The translations under genes and the position numbers were made by a program. The notes below the pieces were generated by a model. It was not told the DNA's origin, did not search any database, and saw only the letters and a list, made by a program, of their open reading frames with translations. From IMG/VR virus record IMGVR_UViG_3300005323_000038: a stretch of DNA of 53,851 nucleotides; one strand, given 5' to 3'. Of this stretch, positions 19,235 through 28,822 are shown in pieces (the stretch's first letter is position 1; every line of letters begins with the position of its first letter). This DNA comes from an uncultured virus (IMG/VR IMGVR_UViG_3300005323_000038). Taxonomy: Duplodnaviria; Heunggongvirae; Uroviricota; Caudoviricetes.

Positions 19235-19792
19235 ATGAAAAAAATTAAAGTAACATTTTTAAGGATTTTTAACGGAAATAATGAAATTAAAATTTTTAGC
19301 TCACTTATTAACTCTATTAATGAAATTAGAATGAAAAAAAATGAAAGTTTATTACCAGAAGTAATGCCTGCAATATTACAAATTGATGAAAACTTTGAGT
19401 TATATTCGAAATTGCACTTTATTAATAACCATTCAAACTTGAAATCCTTAAAAATACTATTCAAAAATTTATTGTCTCAAATTACTTCAGACATTGACTT
19501 GACAGTAAATCCAAAGGTAGGTTTTAAAACGCTTACAAGATTAATTAACATTTTTAATGATAGCACTAAAAAATCATTTTTTGAAGTAAAAAAACAAGAG
19601 TTAATTGACTTTATTGATTCTCGTTTTAATAAAGGTATTTTAAAAACTTCGGTAATATTAACAGTAAATAATGATTTTAAGTTACCTGATTTTATAAATG
19701 TTACTTCATTTATTACTGCCGAAGAGATCCTATCAAAATCAGAAGTTAAAATCATAAAAACTTATAATGAGTTACTTGAAATAATTAAATAA
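19235..19792 (+). CDS. Hypothetical protein immediately upstream of the giant structured RNA candidate
   Basis: AAGGA RBS, 185 aa, very AT-rich. Confidence 0.6.
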   Translation: MKKIKVTFLRIFNGNNEIKIFSSLINSINEIRMKKNESLLPEVMPAILQIDENFELYSKLHFINNHSNLKSLKILFKNLLSQITSDIDLTVNPKVGFKTLTRLINIFNDSTKKSFFEVKKQELIDFIDSRFNKGILKTSVILTVNNDFKLPDFINVTSFITAEEILSKSEVKIIKTYNELLEIIK

Positions 19793-19799
19793 TAACGCA

Positions 19800-21330
19800 T
19801 CTTCGCAGCACGGCGAACCTGAAATATGGTTCGAACCTTTAAGGTTTTTACCGTGCTTTTTATCACTTGCTCTTTAACAGCTTTATATCTTCTAAGTAAT
19901 CGTAAGTTTGAAACGCCTGTAATGTTACAGTCGGTACACTTCGATTGATGCCCATACATCCAAGTAATTGTGTGTCAAGCATCAATTTAAGTAACAATTA
20001 TGACGAACGGATTATATATTTATATCGATTTTTATACCGTTTTTGCAGCTTACATTTTTTGCATACCACGAAAAAACGGCATCATCAAAAATTGACACAT
20101 TCAATTATAATGTAGCGATTATGATTGTCTGGTATATTAATTACATTTATTGTAATTACTTTATACCTTATTTAGATGATGAAAAAAATAAAATAGATAA
20201 GCAATTAATAAGTTTTTTAGACAAGCTCAAAAAGCGTAAAACCTTTTAAGGGCGGGGATAATTTGTCATTGTCTAAAAAGCAAGTCGAAGGCGGCTTAAA
20301 TTTACAGGCGTAAATGTGCAAGGCGAGCAATAAGCGCAGCATGTTTATGTTAGACCGGTGTATTGGAACGGCACTGCTCGAAGAGTAGCGAAAATTGACG
20401 GAATGATTTATCAGTCCTAAATTTTCACTGTTTATCAAATTTAAGTTGGACGGCGAACAGGTTCAAGTAAAAATGAACCTGGCTGTTACCGCGAACGCGT
20501 TACGGGTTAATCACCCGAAGTCGCAAGCCACTAACTAACCATGCTTTGCAGCATGGGACGGCATAGAAAGAATAGCGGGACAGTATAGACTGAAAAGGTC
20601 TGAGGATTGAGGAAACAAGATTTCCTGGTCTGTCGGGTAATGATGAAGACCCCGATATAACTCAGACGGTCTAAATGGTAACATTTGGAATATAGTCTAT
20701 TTGGGAAATCCACAAAAATGTGGTAAGGCGATAAAATCGGGGCTGATGCTGTGATAGGCGGCAGACCTTCTTATGACAATAAGATAACGATTTGAGCGTG
20801 TAGAATTATCACGATAAGACGGTTAATTAAACTTGTTTAGAAGTTTGATAATCACTTCAAAGATTTTCTGTCTTATTAGTTTTTGTCTGGAACGGGTTAT
20901 TGCCCGAACGAAGGTTCGCGCCGTTTTAGACCGCTGGCATACAGAATTAGGGGCTGTATGTTAATTCGCAATGCCCTTCGAGGATATGGCTGTGACCTGT
21001 TACTCGATAAAACTCAAAGACAACGAGAGTTGTCGCAAAAACTAAATTCTTGCAAGAGAATTTATGTTTTTAGTCCACGAGCGTAAAGTTTGCAAGATAA
21101 CCTTTAAAACTTGCCGGGGCTTAACCGTTGGCTCCGCAATGAGTATAAGCTCAACATGCGCCCCTGAAACACGGCGCACACCGACAAGGCCATTGAAACA
21201 CACAATTTGACAACAAACTATGTGTGCGGATTTATTCCCTTGTCGCCCAGGTGGAACGGCAGTAACGATGAAAGACGCGTTGCGAATTTGACCACACTTC
21301 AAAGAAATGCGGGGTGTGGTTTTTTATTTT
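19800..21330 (+). ncRNA. Candidate giant structured non-coding RNA (~1.5 kb)
   Basis: No RBS-led ORF; more than 20 hairpins; GNRA-type loops; long-range helices such as 19913-19922/20302-20311 and 20350-20357/20667-20674; ends in a terminator. Confidence 0.65.
21290..21330 (+). terminator. Terminator with loop AAAGAAATGC
   Basis: GACCACACTTC/GGGGTGTGGTT stem plus T-tract. Confidence 0.75.
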
Positions 21331-21357
21331 AAGACCAATAAAATTAGGAGGTGCGTT

Positions 21358-21480
21358 ATGATTAATAAAGACGGAAACTGCGAATTATGCAGCCTAAGAG
21401 AAACCTGTGAAAAGCAGGTTCTCGCAATGGCGGTTGCTTCAGACATGGAGCCGCAACCATTACTGCCTTGCGAACAGTAA
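21358..21480 (+). CDS. 40-aa Cys-containing peptide (MINKDGNCELCSLRETC...)
   Basis: Manually found; AGGAGGTG RBS; flanked by terminator hairpins. Confidence 0.6.
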   Translation: MINKDGNCELCSLRETCEKQVLAMAVASDMEPQPLLPCEQ

Positions 21481-21485
21481 TTTAG

Positions 21486-21523
21486 AACAGTCACCAACGA
21501 AAATGCGGTGGCTGTTTTTTATT
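21486..21523 (+). terminator. Terminator with loop AACGAAAATGC
   Basis: AACAGTCACC/GGTGGCTGTT stem plus T-tract. Confidence 0.7.
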
Positions 21524-21568
21524 CCCAAATTTAAAGACCGAGATGTCTTAAAACTATAAGGAGATACA

Positions 21569-21967
21569 ATGAATATAAGAAATTTAACACCACACGAATT
21601 GAATATTTTTGTCGGTTCCCTTTCCGATGAATACGTTGGCGGCAGATTTACTGGCAAATTTGTAGCCGAAGACCGAAAACCTTCTAAAACCTTATACTCT
21701 GACGGCGTTGCTCGTTGTACCGTTACTAATGCTCCGGCAGATTCTCTTTGTGATATTCCTGTAGTTAAAAAATCATTCGGTGAAGTTTCTGGAATCCCTG
21801 ACGATCTTGTTTCCGGCGATGTTATAATCGTTTCCGCTATCGTTGGAACATCACTTGCGGCGCAAGGCTTCACTGCTAAGACTGGCATTCGCGTCCTTGG
21901 TGCAGGCTCCGCTGTCGTTGACAATGAAGGTAAAATTGTTGGCTGTCTTGGACTGTCAGAATTCTAA
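21569..21967 (+). CDS. Conserved phage-type hypothetical protein (NLTPH motif)
   Basis: AAGGAG RBS; NLTPHE...IIVS...G.IVGC pattern. Confidence 0.7.
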   Translation: MNIRNLTPHELNIFVGSLSDEYVGGRFTGKFVAEDRKPSKTLYSDGVARCTVTNAPADSLCDIPVVKKSFGEVSGIPDDLVSGDVIIVSAIVGTSLAAQGFTAKTGIRVLGAGSAVVDNEGKIVGCLGLSEF

Positions 21968-21976
21968 GGAGGGATT

Positions 21977-22297
21977 ATGACAAATAACCTTTTGATAGAC
22001 GTTCCAGCTTTCGTCTATCACGTTACTGACAAGAAGAATCTTAAGTCTATCTTGTCAGACGGACTTAAAGCGCGGACGGGTGTAGATGGTTGTCCTGTGC
22101 CTTACATCTATACCTTCGTGAACCTTAAAGACGCAGAAGGATATGTCGGTAAATCCAGAAGCCGAATAATCCTTAAAATTAAAACATCTGGAATCCCTGA
22201 ACGTGTAATGTCGCATCACGATATGGGATTAATCAACGCAAGCGACATTATCAGATTTACTTGCAACCTGAAATCTGATAGAATTGAAGTCTTATAG
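21977..22297 (+). CDS. ADP-ribosyltransferase-fold (Tpt1/KptA- or DarT-like) small protein
   Basis: VYHVT...NLKSILSDGLK, IYTF, and IILKI strands typical of NAD-binding ART folds. Confidence 0.55.
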   Translation: MTNNLLIDVPAFVYHVTDKKNLKSILSDGLKARTGVDGCPVPYIYTFVNLKDAEGYVGKSRSRIILKIKTSGIPERVMSHHDMGLINASDIIRFTCNLKSDRIEVL

Positions 22298-22303
22298 GTT
22301 GCC

Positions 22304-22345
22304 AGACGGATATCAAAGAAATGCGATAGACCGTCTTTTTAATTT
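22304..22345 (+). terminator. Terminator with loop AAAGAAATGC
   Basis: AGACGG..TATC/GATA..CCGTCT plus T-tract. Confidence 0.65.
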
Positions 22346-22375
22346 AGTCCATTGGACTTAAAACGGAGGTAAAAA

Positions 22376-22822
22376 ATGAGATTCTCAGAAACATATAAAG
22401 AAGACTTTATCCAAGAATTAAAAGGTCTTCCAGGAGTTTGGCTGGCTCCTAACGGATCGGAATGGTCAACTGAAAAAACGGAAACCTGCTGTTTCTTCTT
22501 CGGTTGGGATTTTAAGTGTTTCCCTCCCGACACGGCTGAATCACTCGCATATAAAGAAGCTGAACGCTTCAAACCAGAATATATATTCAGTTTCATCTTG
22601 GAGAGTGAAATTGATGATAAAAAATTTAACGAATATATAAAGGAGGAAATAAAAATCTCTCTCGCTGAGTGGCAGAGAGATGGCAAGAACCCCGTAAAAT
22701 GCGGGTTTACTTTAACTTATGATAACCAAGTAATAAGAATCCTCCTCTGCTCTGGAAAACTCGACACATGGAAAGCAGAAAGAACCGGTAAGCGGATAAA
22801 GCAAGACCGGTGGGATGATTAA
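22376..22822 (+). CDS. Hypothetical protein
   Basis: GGAGG RBS. Confidence 0.65.
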   Translation: MRFSETYKEDFIQELKGLPGVWLAPNGSEWSTEKTETCCFFFGWDFKCFPPDTAESLAYKEAERFKPEYIFSFILESEIDDKKFNEYIKEEIKISLAEWQRDGKNPVKCGFTLTYDNQVIRILLCSGKLDTWKAERTGKRIKQDRWDD

Positions 22823-22833
22823 TTTTTATTATT

Positions 22834-22870
22834 AGACGGCTCTGATATTTTTCAGGGCCGTTTTTATTTT
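22834..22870 (+). terminator. Terminator-like hairpin
   Basis: ACGGCTCTGA/TCAGGGCCGT plus T-tract. Confidence 0.6.
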
Positions 22871-22884
22871 AGGAGGAAATTATT

Positions 22885-23244
22885 ATGAGAACTATCGTTT
22901 TAAATCAGGCCGGCTGGATAAATACAAACCAATATAATTATAACTTTTCAGTTATGGAAGAATTGTTAAAATTCTACGACCACGCTTCAAGGGTAAATCT
23001 TTCATTGAACCAAATACATTTCATCATTTATTTTGATGAAAAAACAAGGATTGTAAGGTCTATCGTCAAAAAATTTAATGATGGACATGAGAAGATGGCA
23101 CAACAAGAAGTAAGTAAATGTTACTTCAGGCCGATTCTTGTTTCAAGAGAAAAAGTCATTGCCGTGGGAAAGCCACTTCATAAGTATATCGTTGAACGCC
23201 TTAACTATTTGGAAAGAACGGAAGTGATGAATCATGAAAATTAA
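22885..23244 (+). CDS. Hypothetical protein
   Basis: AGGAGG RBS. Confidence 0.65.
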   Translation: MRTIVLNQAGWINTNQYNYNFSVMEELLKFYDHASRVNLSLNQIHFIIYFDEKTRIVRSIVKKFNDGHEKMAQQEVSKCYFRPILVSREKVIAVGKPLHKYIVERLNYLERTEVMNHEN

Positions 23245-23376
23245 ACAAATATTAAATTCCATAGCTGATTCGTTTGAAGAATTGATTATGTCGTTTTTTG
23301 TTATATTTGTTGGATCAGTAATATTTATTCTTATTTTAATCGCTTTTAAGACGATAATTTTAGGGAGGTAATAATT

Positions 23377-23742
23377 ATGAATAAAGAAGAATTTTGTAAA
23401 TTGGCAACATTAGACCCTGAAACTTTTTCAGATGCCGATTTTGATAAAATAAATGCCGTTTATCTTGATCATCCATCAATTAAAGATGTAGACGGCAAAC
23501 AACAAATTGCATCAATATTTACATTTGGCGGCATGCCAACAATTGACGATATGTACAAAAGAGTAACTGAAATTAATAACACCAAAAAGGCAATCGCTTC
23601 CATTTCTAAAGATGTTGAGATGGCAAATAAAAGACGAGACAAGGAGCTTGAAGAGGTTTCCAAAAGACATAATGCAGCGATAAACATTCTTCGCATAACA
23701 CTTAACAAATTGGAAGATTTATTAAAAGATTTGACTAAATAA
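23377..23742 (+). CDS. Hypothetical protein with C-terminal coiled coil
   Basis: GGAGG RBS. Confidence 0.65.
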   Translation: MNKEEFCKLATLDPETFSDADFDKINAVYLDHPSIKDVDGKQQIASIFTFGGMPTIDDMYKRVTEINNTKKAIASISKDVEMANKRRDKELEEVSKRHNAAINILRITLNKLEDLLKDLTK

Positions 23743-23948
23743 TTGGAGGAAAATAAAATGGTTATGAATATAGAAGAGCATGAGGATTGCTCTATAATCT
23801 CTATCCTTACAAGCTTGGAGGACAGAATAGCTACAAAACTTGCTGAGAGATATCGCATGGCGGTTTGTCGCACTCAGACTGGCTTTCAAGTTGGACAAAT
23901 AAATATCTCATTTACGAGAGCATTTGAGATAACGAAATAGGAGGACGT

Positions 23949-24284
23949 ATGAAAATTATTGATAAAATAAAACAACTACTTAAAGCATACGATCGTATCG
24001 TTTGCTACGACTACCCATATACTCACCTAAATATAAACATCTTCGATGATGCTTCCATCAACTTTGACGAATCAAGCCATTCAACTTATACCATCCACCC
24101 AATTAAACCAATATTAACCATCTCATTTAGATATCCTCGCTCAAATGAGGTAGAGCCTGACGATATTGAGGAATCTGACTACGACGAGATAATTGAAGTT
24201 GGTATAGAACAAGCTTACGAAAACGATCTAACAGACATTGACTTAAATACGTTCATTGAACAAGAGTATCAGGAGGAAATATGA
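23949..24284 (+). CDS. Acidic hypothetical protein
   Basis: AGGAGG RBS; D/E-rich C-terminus. Confidence 0.6.
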   Translation: MKIIDKIKQLLKAYDRIVCYDYPYTHLNINIFDDASINFDESSHSTYTIHPIKPILTISFRYPRSNEVEPDDIEESDYDEIIEVGIEQAYENDLTDIDLNTFIEQEYQEEI

Positions 24285-24610
24285 TAATGAAATATATTGA
24301 ATTAGGACTATGCCCTGAAAATGAAGAATCTATTGAACCTATAGGCCCAACATTAGATTACATTCCTGCTATGAACGAACAAGCATATCGATATCTTGGC
24401 CTCCTGGAAAAACGATTTTCAGATATGCTAAAAGAAAATAATAAAGTAAAACTTGAGGTCAGATGCTTTGGAAACGATACACAGCCGTTTTTAAATGTTG
24501 TTGTCATTTATGACGAAACGGACGAAATCCAGATTCAATGTGCTACAATTATTTCAAAGAACCTTCCACAGAAATGGACAGATACGGAAGAGTTTTATAT
24601 CTGTCTTTAA
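24281..24610 (+). CDS. Hypothetical protein, paralog of 29012-29335
   Basis: Shared G.CP..E...Y...M...R...F..D..P...VVV..D...N.P..W pattern. Confidence 0.7.
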   Translation: MIMKYIELGLCPENEESIEPIGPTLDYIPAMNEQAYRYLGLLEKRFSDMLKENNKVKLEVRCFGNDTQPFLNVVVIYDETDEIQIQCATIISKNLPQKWTDTEEFYICL

Positions 24611-24619
24611 GGAGAGTCC

Positions 24620-24934
24620 ATGATAAGAAATAATAATTCTGATTGGATATTCCATAAACCCGGAAGACCAATCGGTAAATCAAATAAGACTCTATACAAG
24701 CTTATCTGCACCGTTTGTGGCGAAGAATATGAAACCACAAGGAAGCCATCTCCTGACCGATGCCAGCCATGTTCTGGAACGTGTACGGCAATCATGCAGA
24801 GAGCAAGAAAACATTATAAGAATAATACGCTAATTCGTTGCAATATTTGTGGTGAGTCAATGGGAATTAAAGAGATTGGAGAGCATGTTCAAACACATTT
24901 ATATCAATATAAGATAGAGAATATTTTGGTTTAA
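24620..24934 (+). CDS. Zinc-finger protein
   Basis: CTVC, CQPC and CNIC...H...H motifs. Confidence 0.6.
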   Translation: MIRNNNSDWIFHKPGRPIGKSNKTLYKLICTVCGEEYETTRKPSPDRCQPCSGTCTAIMQRARKHYKNNTLIRCNICGESMGIKEIGEHVQTHLYQYKIENILV

Positions 24935-24951
24935 AGTCGGAAGACTATAAA

Positions 24952-25509
24952 TTGGAGGTGAATATGGGGCTTTATACAATAAAAAAAATAAAAGTTAAAA
25001 GTTTTCTTGGAAAATCTATTACATCTACTTGCAAAAAGTACAAAAGCACAAGTATTGAAATTGAAGGCAATGATACAATTAAAATTATAACTAAACCAGA
25101 AACTGTATTAAAAAGCGAATTAGAGATAAATGTTTATCAAATTATATATAATTTTATTGGAGATAGCGACGATCTTATTAGACAGGCATCTATATCGCTT
25201 GATGATTTTGATAAATGGGCATGTTCAGAATATGGACAGACCATTGCAGATTATTTATTTGATACGTCTGATAAATTTGACAACAAGCGTATCTATGTGG
25301 TCAATTGTATAGATGGGGATAATAAAAAGACCGCTCCATGTCTTACTAAAAGTGACGCTATTGCTTTATTCTATTCTGAATGTATAGACCGCAGGATATC
25401 TTATAGATTAACACACAATGGCAGCGCATTCAATTATAGTAACGATGAAGGCCATTTTGTTCGTATATGGATTGATTGTTTAAGTTTAAATAAGTGGGAG
25501 GAACAATGA
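24952..25509 (+). CDS. Hypothetical protein (likely start at ATG 24964)
   Basis: GGAGGTG RBS. Confidence 0.6.
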   Translation: MEVNMGLYTIKKIKVKSFLGKSITSTCKKYKSTSIEIEGNDTIKIITKPETVLKSELEINVYQIIYNFIGDSDDLIRQASISLDDFDKWACSEYGQTIADYLFDTSDKFDNKRIYVVNCIDGDNKKTAPCLTKSDAIALFYSECIDRRISYRLTHNGSAFNYSNDEGHFVRIWIDCLSLNKWEEQ

Positions 25510-25796
25510 CAAAATTAAGAAAGATATATTGTAATTCTAATTTTGAACAATATGATGGTTTTATGGTCATAGAATGTCTTGCATGGTTTTCAAAAACAAA
25601 AGAGACAAAATGGTTTAAATTTGTCATTCCAAATGATAAATATGACGAGTTTAAAATACAACAAATAAATTTCAATAATCCAATAATACGAAGCATTAGA
25701 AATAGTTTTTATATATTCCCATCATACCTAAAAGATAATGAGGTATCAGATTATTACTACGATATTTCTGTAAAATTTCCACAAAATAAAGGATAA
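25494..25796 (+). CDS. Hypothetical protein
   Basis: Coupled ORF with GGAGG RBS. Confidence 0.55.
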   Translation: MGGTMTKLRKIYCNSNFEQYDGFMVIECLAWFSKTKETKWFKFVIPNDKYDEFKIQQINFNNPIIRSIRNSFYIFPSYLKDNEVSDYYYDISVKFPQNKG

Positions 25797-25916
25797 ATAA
25801 AGGAGTGGTTTAGATGAGAAATTTTAATTATATCCCTGTCATTAATGATAATGGAATGGTTGAATTTATATGGCAAGAAAGCATTAAAACAACTCCCGGA
25901 TTGATTTATATCTGTA

Positions 25917-26441
25917 ATGAGTCAGAAATACAATATGGGCCGGAATACTTTTATAACCAATATAAAGAAAAATATGCATAGTCTTCGGACTTTAAGCGGA
26001 GGAATTATGAAAAACAGATTTAAAAACAAAATAGACAATTTTTTTAAAATGAAATGCCCAGTTGAGACATTTGTTGTAAATAGAAAAAATTTCGATGTAA
26101 TTGTAAAGCATTGGAATCCAGATAATCACGAAAAAAGAGAAGAAGTAGAAAAAATCCTTGGCCACAAAAGTAATATATGGAATCTTTATATAAGGTTTAA
26201 GCCATCTTTCTCAGGGTTTGATAAGCTTCCAGATAATTATGATGACTTTAATCTGATATATTTTCATGGCTGTGCAACATACTTCAAAATGGATGGCAAA
26301 AATAAAGTATTCGGATGCGATTACGCTCATTTTGACGATGAGGACGTAATGAACGGCGAAACGTTTGATGAAAACAATCGTTGTTTTATAGACGCTCATG
26401 ATATCTTAAAACAACTTGAAGATATATGCAAAGGAGAATAG
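25917..26441 (+). CDS. Hypothetical protein (true start likely the internal MKNRF)
   Basis: FHG..TY...FGCDYAH motif seen in phage hypotheticals. Confidence 0.6.
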   Translation: MSQKYNMGRNTFITNIKKNMHSLRTLSGGIMKNRFKNKIDNFFKMKCPVETFVVNRKNFDVIVKHWNPDNHEKREEVEKILGHKSNIWNLYIRFKPSFSGFDKLPDNYDDFNLIYFHGCATYFKMDGKNKVFGCDYAHFDDEDVMNGETFDENNRCFIDAHDILKQLEDICKGE

Positions 26442-26749
26442 CTATGAATGTTGAAATAATACAAGAACTTGACAATACTGGCCCATTTTTTAGAAAGAAA
26501 GTGATCGTTGATGGAGTTGATATATCAAGCATTGTATCGAGTGTTCAAGTAAATATTGACGGTAACGATCCGACATTTGCAAAAATAACTCTATCTAATA
26601 TGGCAGATTATATAATCAAAATAAAAGCCGATGACATTTATATAGAAGGCATCCCTTTCCCAAGAAGTTTTAAAGAAAAGTTATACAAAAAATTAAAGGA
26701 AGAATTTGAAAGGACAGATAAAGATGGAAAAGATAAAATTAAGTCGTAA
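26426..26749 (+). CDS. Hypothetical protein
   Basis: AAGGAG RBS before MNVEI. Confidence 0.55.
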   Translation: MQRRIAMNVEIIQELDNTGPFFRKKVIVDGVDISSIVSSVQVNIDGNDPTFAKITLSNMADYIIKIKADDIYIEGIPFPRSFKEKLYKKLKEEFERTDKDGKDKIKS

Positions 26750-27101
26750 AGATTCAGAATTTATCATAAATAAATCATTCCCAAACTATAAAGGCAGAAC
26801 AATATATATTAGATTTACAGAGGCCGGCGAGAAACATTCTATTATTTCATATTGGTCTGGCGGTTCACGAAGCTCATTTAAAATACTTGGAGAAAGCGCA
26901 GACATTCATGCAACCTCGGAGTCATTTCAGAACTCGCATCCAATAAACCAACATAAGGAAGATCCTCATTGGATTGCAAATAAGAACCAGATCCTCGTTG
27001 AGCATGTAATATTCTGCGGAAAAGACTTAGGCCTGAGAATTTATGCAACTCCAGATTGCGTAATGATCCCAAGGAACTTGCTTGAACAAAAGGCGGCGTA
27101 A
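26706..27101 (+). CDS. Hypothetical protein
   Basis: SYWSGGSRS...FCGKDLGLRIY motif; co-oriented. Confidence 0.6.
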   Translation: MKGQIKMEKIKLSRKDSEFIINKSFPNYKGRTIYIRFTEAGEKHSIISYWSGGSRSSFKILGESADIHATSESFQNSHPINQHKEDPHWIANKNQILVEHVIFCGKDLGLRIYATPDCVMIPRNLLEQKAA

Positions 27102-27495
27102 TATGACCGAATTTACAAGCTCCGAAACGATTCAGATGTCCGGCAGATTCGGACGAATAAAAAAGGACGGCACAAGAATGATAAAAGAATTTAAGAAAAA
27201 TACCGATTATAAAGTAAATTTCTATGATAATTACCGAGGACTTAATGGACAAGCAATAAGAATAGAAGACCGTTGGCTTAATGTTAGTGATGAAAGTGCG
27301 TTCGCTTCAGCACATAATGGGAATATCGCTGCCATGTTATTTGCCACAAGAATATTAAATTACATTGAAAGAGAAACAGACCGAGATAAAGCAAAAGAGA
27401 TAACATTAGAATCTATGGATGATCAATGCATTTTGTACGGGCATATAAATGGACTTGGATATCTTGTTTTAATGTCCGAATTGGAGGAAATATGA
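27082..27495 (+). CDS. Hypothetical protein
   Basis: Co-oriented, tightly packed. Confidence 0.55.
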   Translation: MNKRRRNMTEFTSSETIQMSGRFGRIKKDGTRMIKEFKKNTDYKVNFYDNYRGLNGQAIRIEDRWLNVSDESAFASAHNGNIAAMLFATRILNYIERETDRDKAKEITLESMDDQCILYGHINGLGYLVLMSELEEI

Positions 27496-27700
27496 AAATA
27501 TATCAAAATGATGCTGATATAGAAAGGGTTCTTAATGAATTTGGAACAAGTATAAAAGAATGTGAAGATATATCAGGATTTAATATTTATATGTTTAAAG
27601 AGGATGATTCAGGCGTATCTTATCTTATTGGGTGGAAAGATAGCCGGCCTATGTCATTGCAATTAAAGAAAGCATTGGAAATTATTCAAGGGAGGTTGTT

Positions 27701-27943
27701 ATGACGAAAGTAATTGAACGTCCTCATTTATTTGAGAATCGGCTTAATTATGTCGAGAAGAAAAATAAATATTTCTATCTCAAACATGAGAAAGATAATT
27801 ATCCAATAAGAGTTAAAATCACTCCCGAACTTAATCTTGCATTCCTAAATGAAGACTGGAATAAATTTGAAACAGCTGAAACGATATATTATTCAAGTTT
27901 CGATACAATTGAACGACATCTTTACAAACCTATGGAGCATTAA
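27701..27943 (+). CDS. Hypothetical protein
   Basis: GGAGG RBS. Confidence 0.55.
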   Translation: MTKVIERPHLFENRLNYVEKKNKYFYLKHEKDNYPIRVKITPELNLAFLNEDWNKFETAETIYYSSFDTIERHLYKPMEH

Positions 27944-28439
27944 AAATGGAGGAATTAATCTTATGAAAAAAATTTTAGATTCTGATAATTATTTAGAAGA
28001 TGGAGATGAATGCTCATTTTCCTTTGAATTAGATTCACTTTTTGAAAATATATTTAAGAAAGGATTTATAATTGTCATCGAAGCATCAAATTCTGACTGG
28101 CGTGGTAGAAGTGGAACAGCAATAGCAGATAGCTTAGACAAATTAAAAAGAATTATCATTGACGGAAATCACTTTGAATCAACGAGAATATATGCAACAG
28201 ACAAAAATAAATTGCTTAAAATTGTATCGTCTGGTCATGATGTTCCAATGGGATGCTCAATGAATTGCTACGCTCTTACAAAAAAGAACGCTGATAAACA
28301 AAAATATGGAATATTTTCAGAAATACCACTTAACAAAATAAGGCCGATAATTTATGACGAAAAGAATTACTGCTTTAAAGTTAGCCATCTTTCATGTGAA
28401 ACATTCAATTTAAGAGCGAGTAAAAAAGAAAATGGCTAA
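27849..28439 (+). CDS. Hypothetical protein (likely start MKKILD at 27963)
   Basis: GGAGG RBS; WRGRSG...HDVPMG motif. Confidence 0.6.
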   Translation: MKTGINLKQLKRYIIQVSIQLNDIFTNLWSIKNGGINLMKKILDSDNYLEDGDECSFSFELDSLFENIFKKGFIIVIEASNSDWRGRSGTAIADSLDKLKRIIIDGNHFESTRIYATDKNKLLKIVSSGHDVPMGCSMNCYALTKKNADKQKYGIFSEIPLNKIRPIIYDEKNYCFKVSHLSCETFNLRASKKENG

Positions 28440-28462
28440 ATATACTAAAGTTATATCAACCT

Positions 28463-28822
28463 ATGCTTAAATGCCATAGAAACGATTTTTATGCTATATC
28501 CTTATGGATAAAAATGGAGGACAAGATGAGAGTAGAAGTAAATATAAACGAGAACAAGATATTTTTAATTCGAGAGTCAAATCCAAACTTCACAATAGAC
28601 GATATTGTTGATTTGGGCTTAAATATGATTATGGGAAAGATAAACGAAATGTTTGTCGATAAGGTATTTGCAAATGTTTTTAATTGCAAATACAAAGACG
28701 GTGCAATGAATGAAGTTAAGATAGAACGGCTCGAAGACGGGTCAACTAAACACAAATTCGTAAAAGAATGTATTCAACCAAAAGTTAATAAATTGGAGGC
28801 AATTGATGATAAAAGAAATTAA
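28463..28822 (+). CDS. Hypothetical protein
   Basis: GGAGG RBS before the internal MRVEV. Confidence 0.5.
   Translation: MLKCHRNDFYAISLWIKMEDKMRVEVNINENKIFLIRESNPNFTIDDIVDLGLNMIMGKINEMFVDKVFANVFNCKYKDGAMNEVKIERLEDGSTKHKFVKECIQPKVNKLEAIDDKRN

Noticed and set aside
18911..19809. CTTCGCAGC at 18912 and 19801 as a shared transcript-start motif
   Set aside because: Only two 9-bp copies, insufficient without TSS data
19807..19857. tRNA gene (GGTTCGAACC T-loop-like motif, cloverleaf-like)
   Set aside because: Too short, no anticodon arm or proper T-stem; treated as part of the large RNA
20092..20111. TTGACA...TATAAT promoter
   Set aside because: Spacer is only 8 bp
20043..21302. Short ORFs on both strands in the track (20043, 20217, 20531, 20883, 21042)
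   Set aside because: No RBS, alternative starts, atypical composition, and overlap with dense RNA structure
19800..21330. Group II intron
   Set aside because: No GUGYG 5' end or recognisable domain V, no RT ORF and no interrupted gene seen; not formally excluded without a covariance-model search
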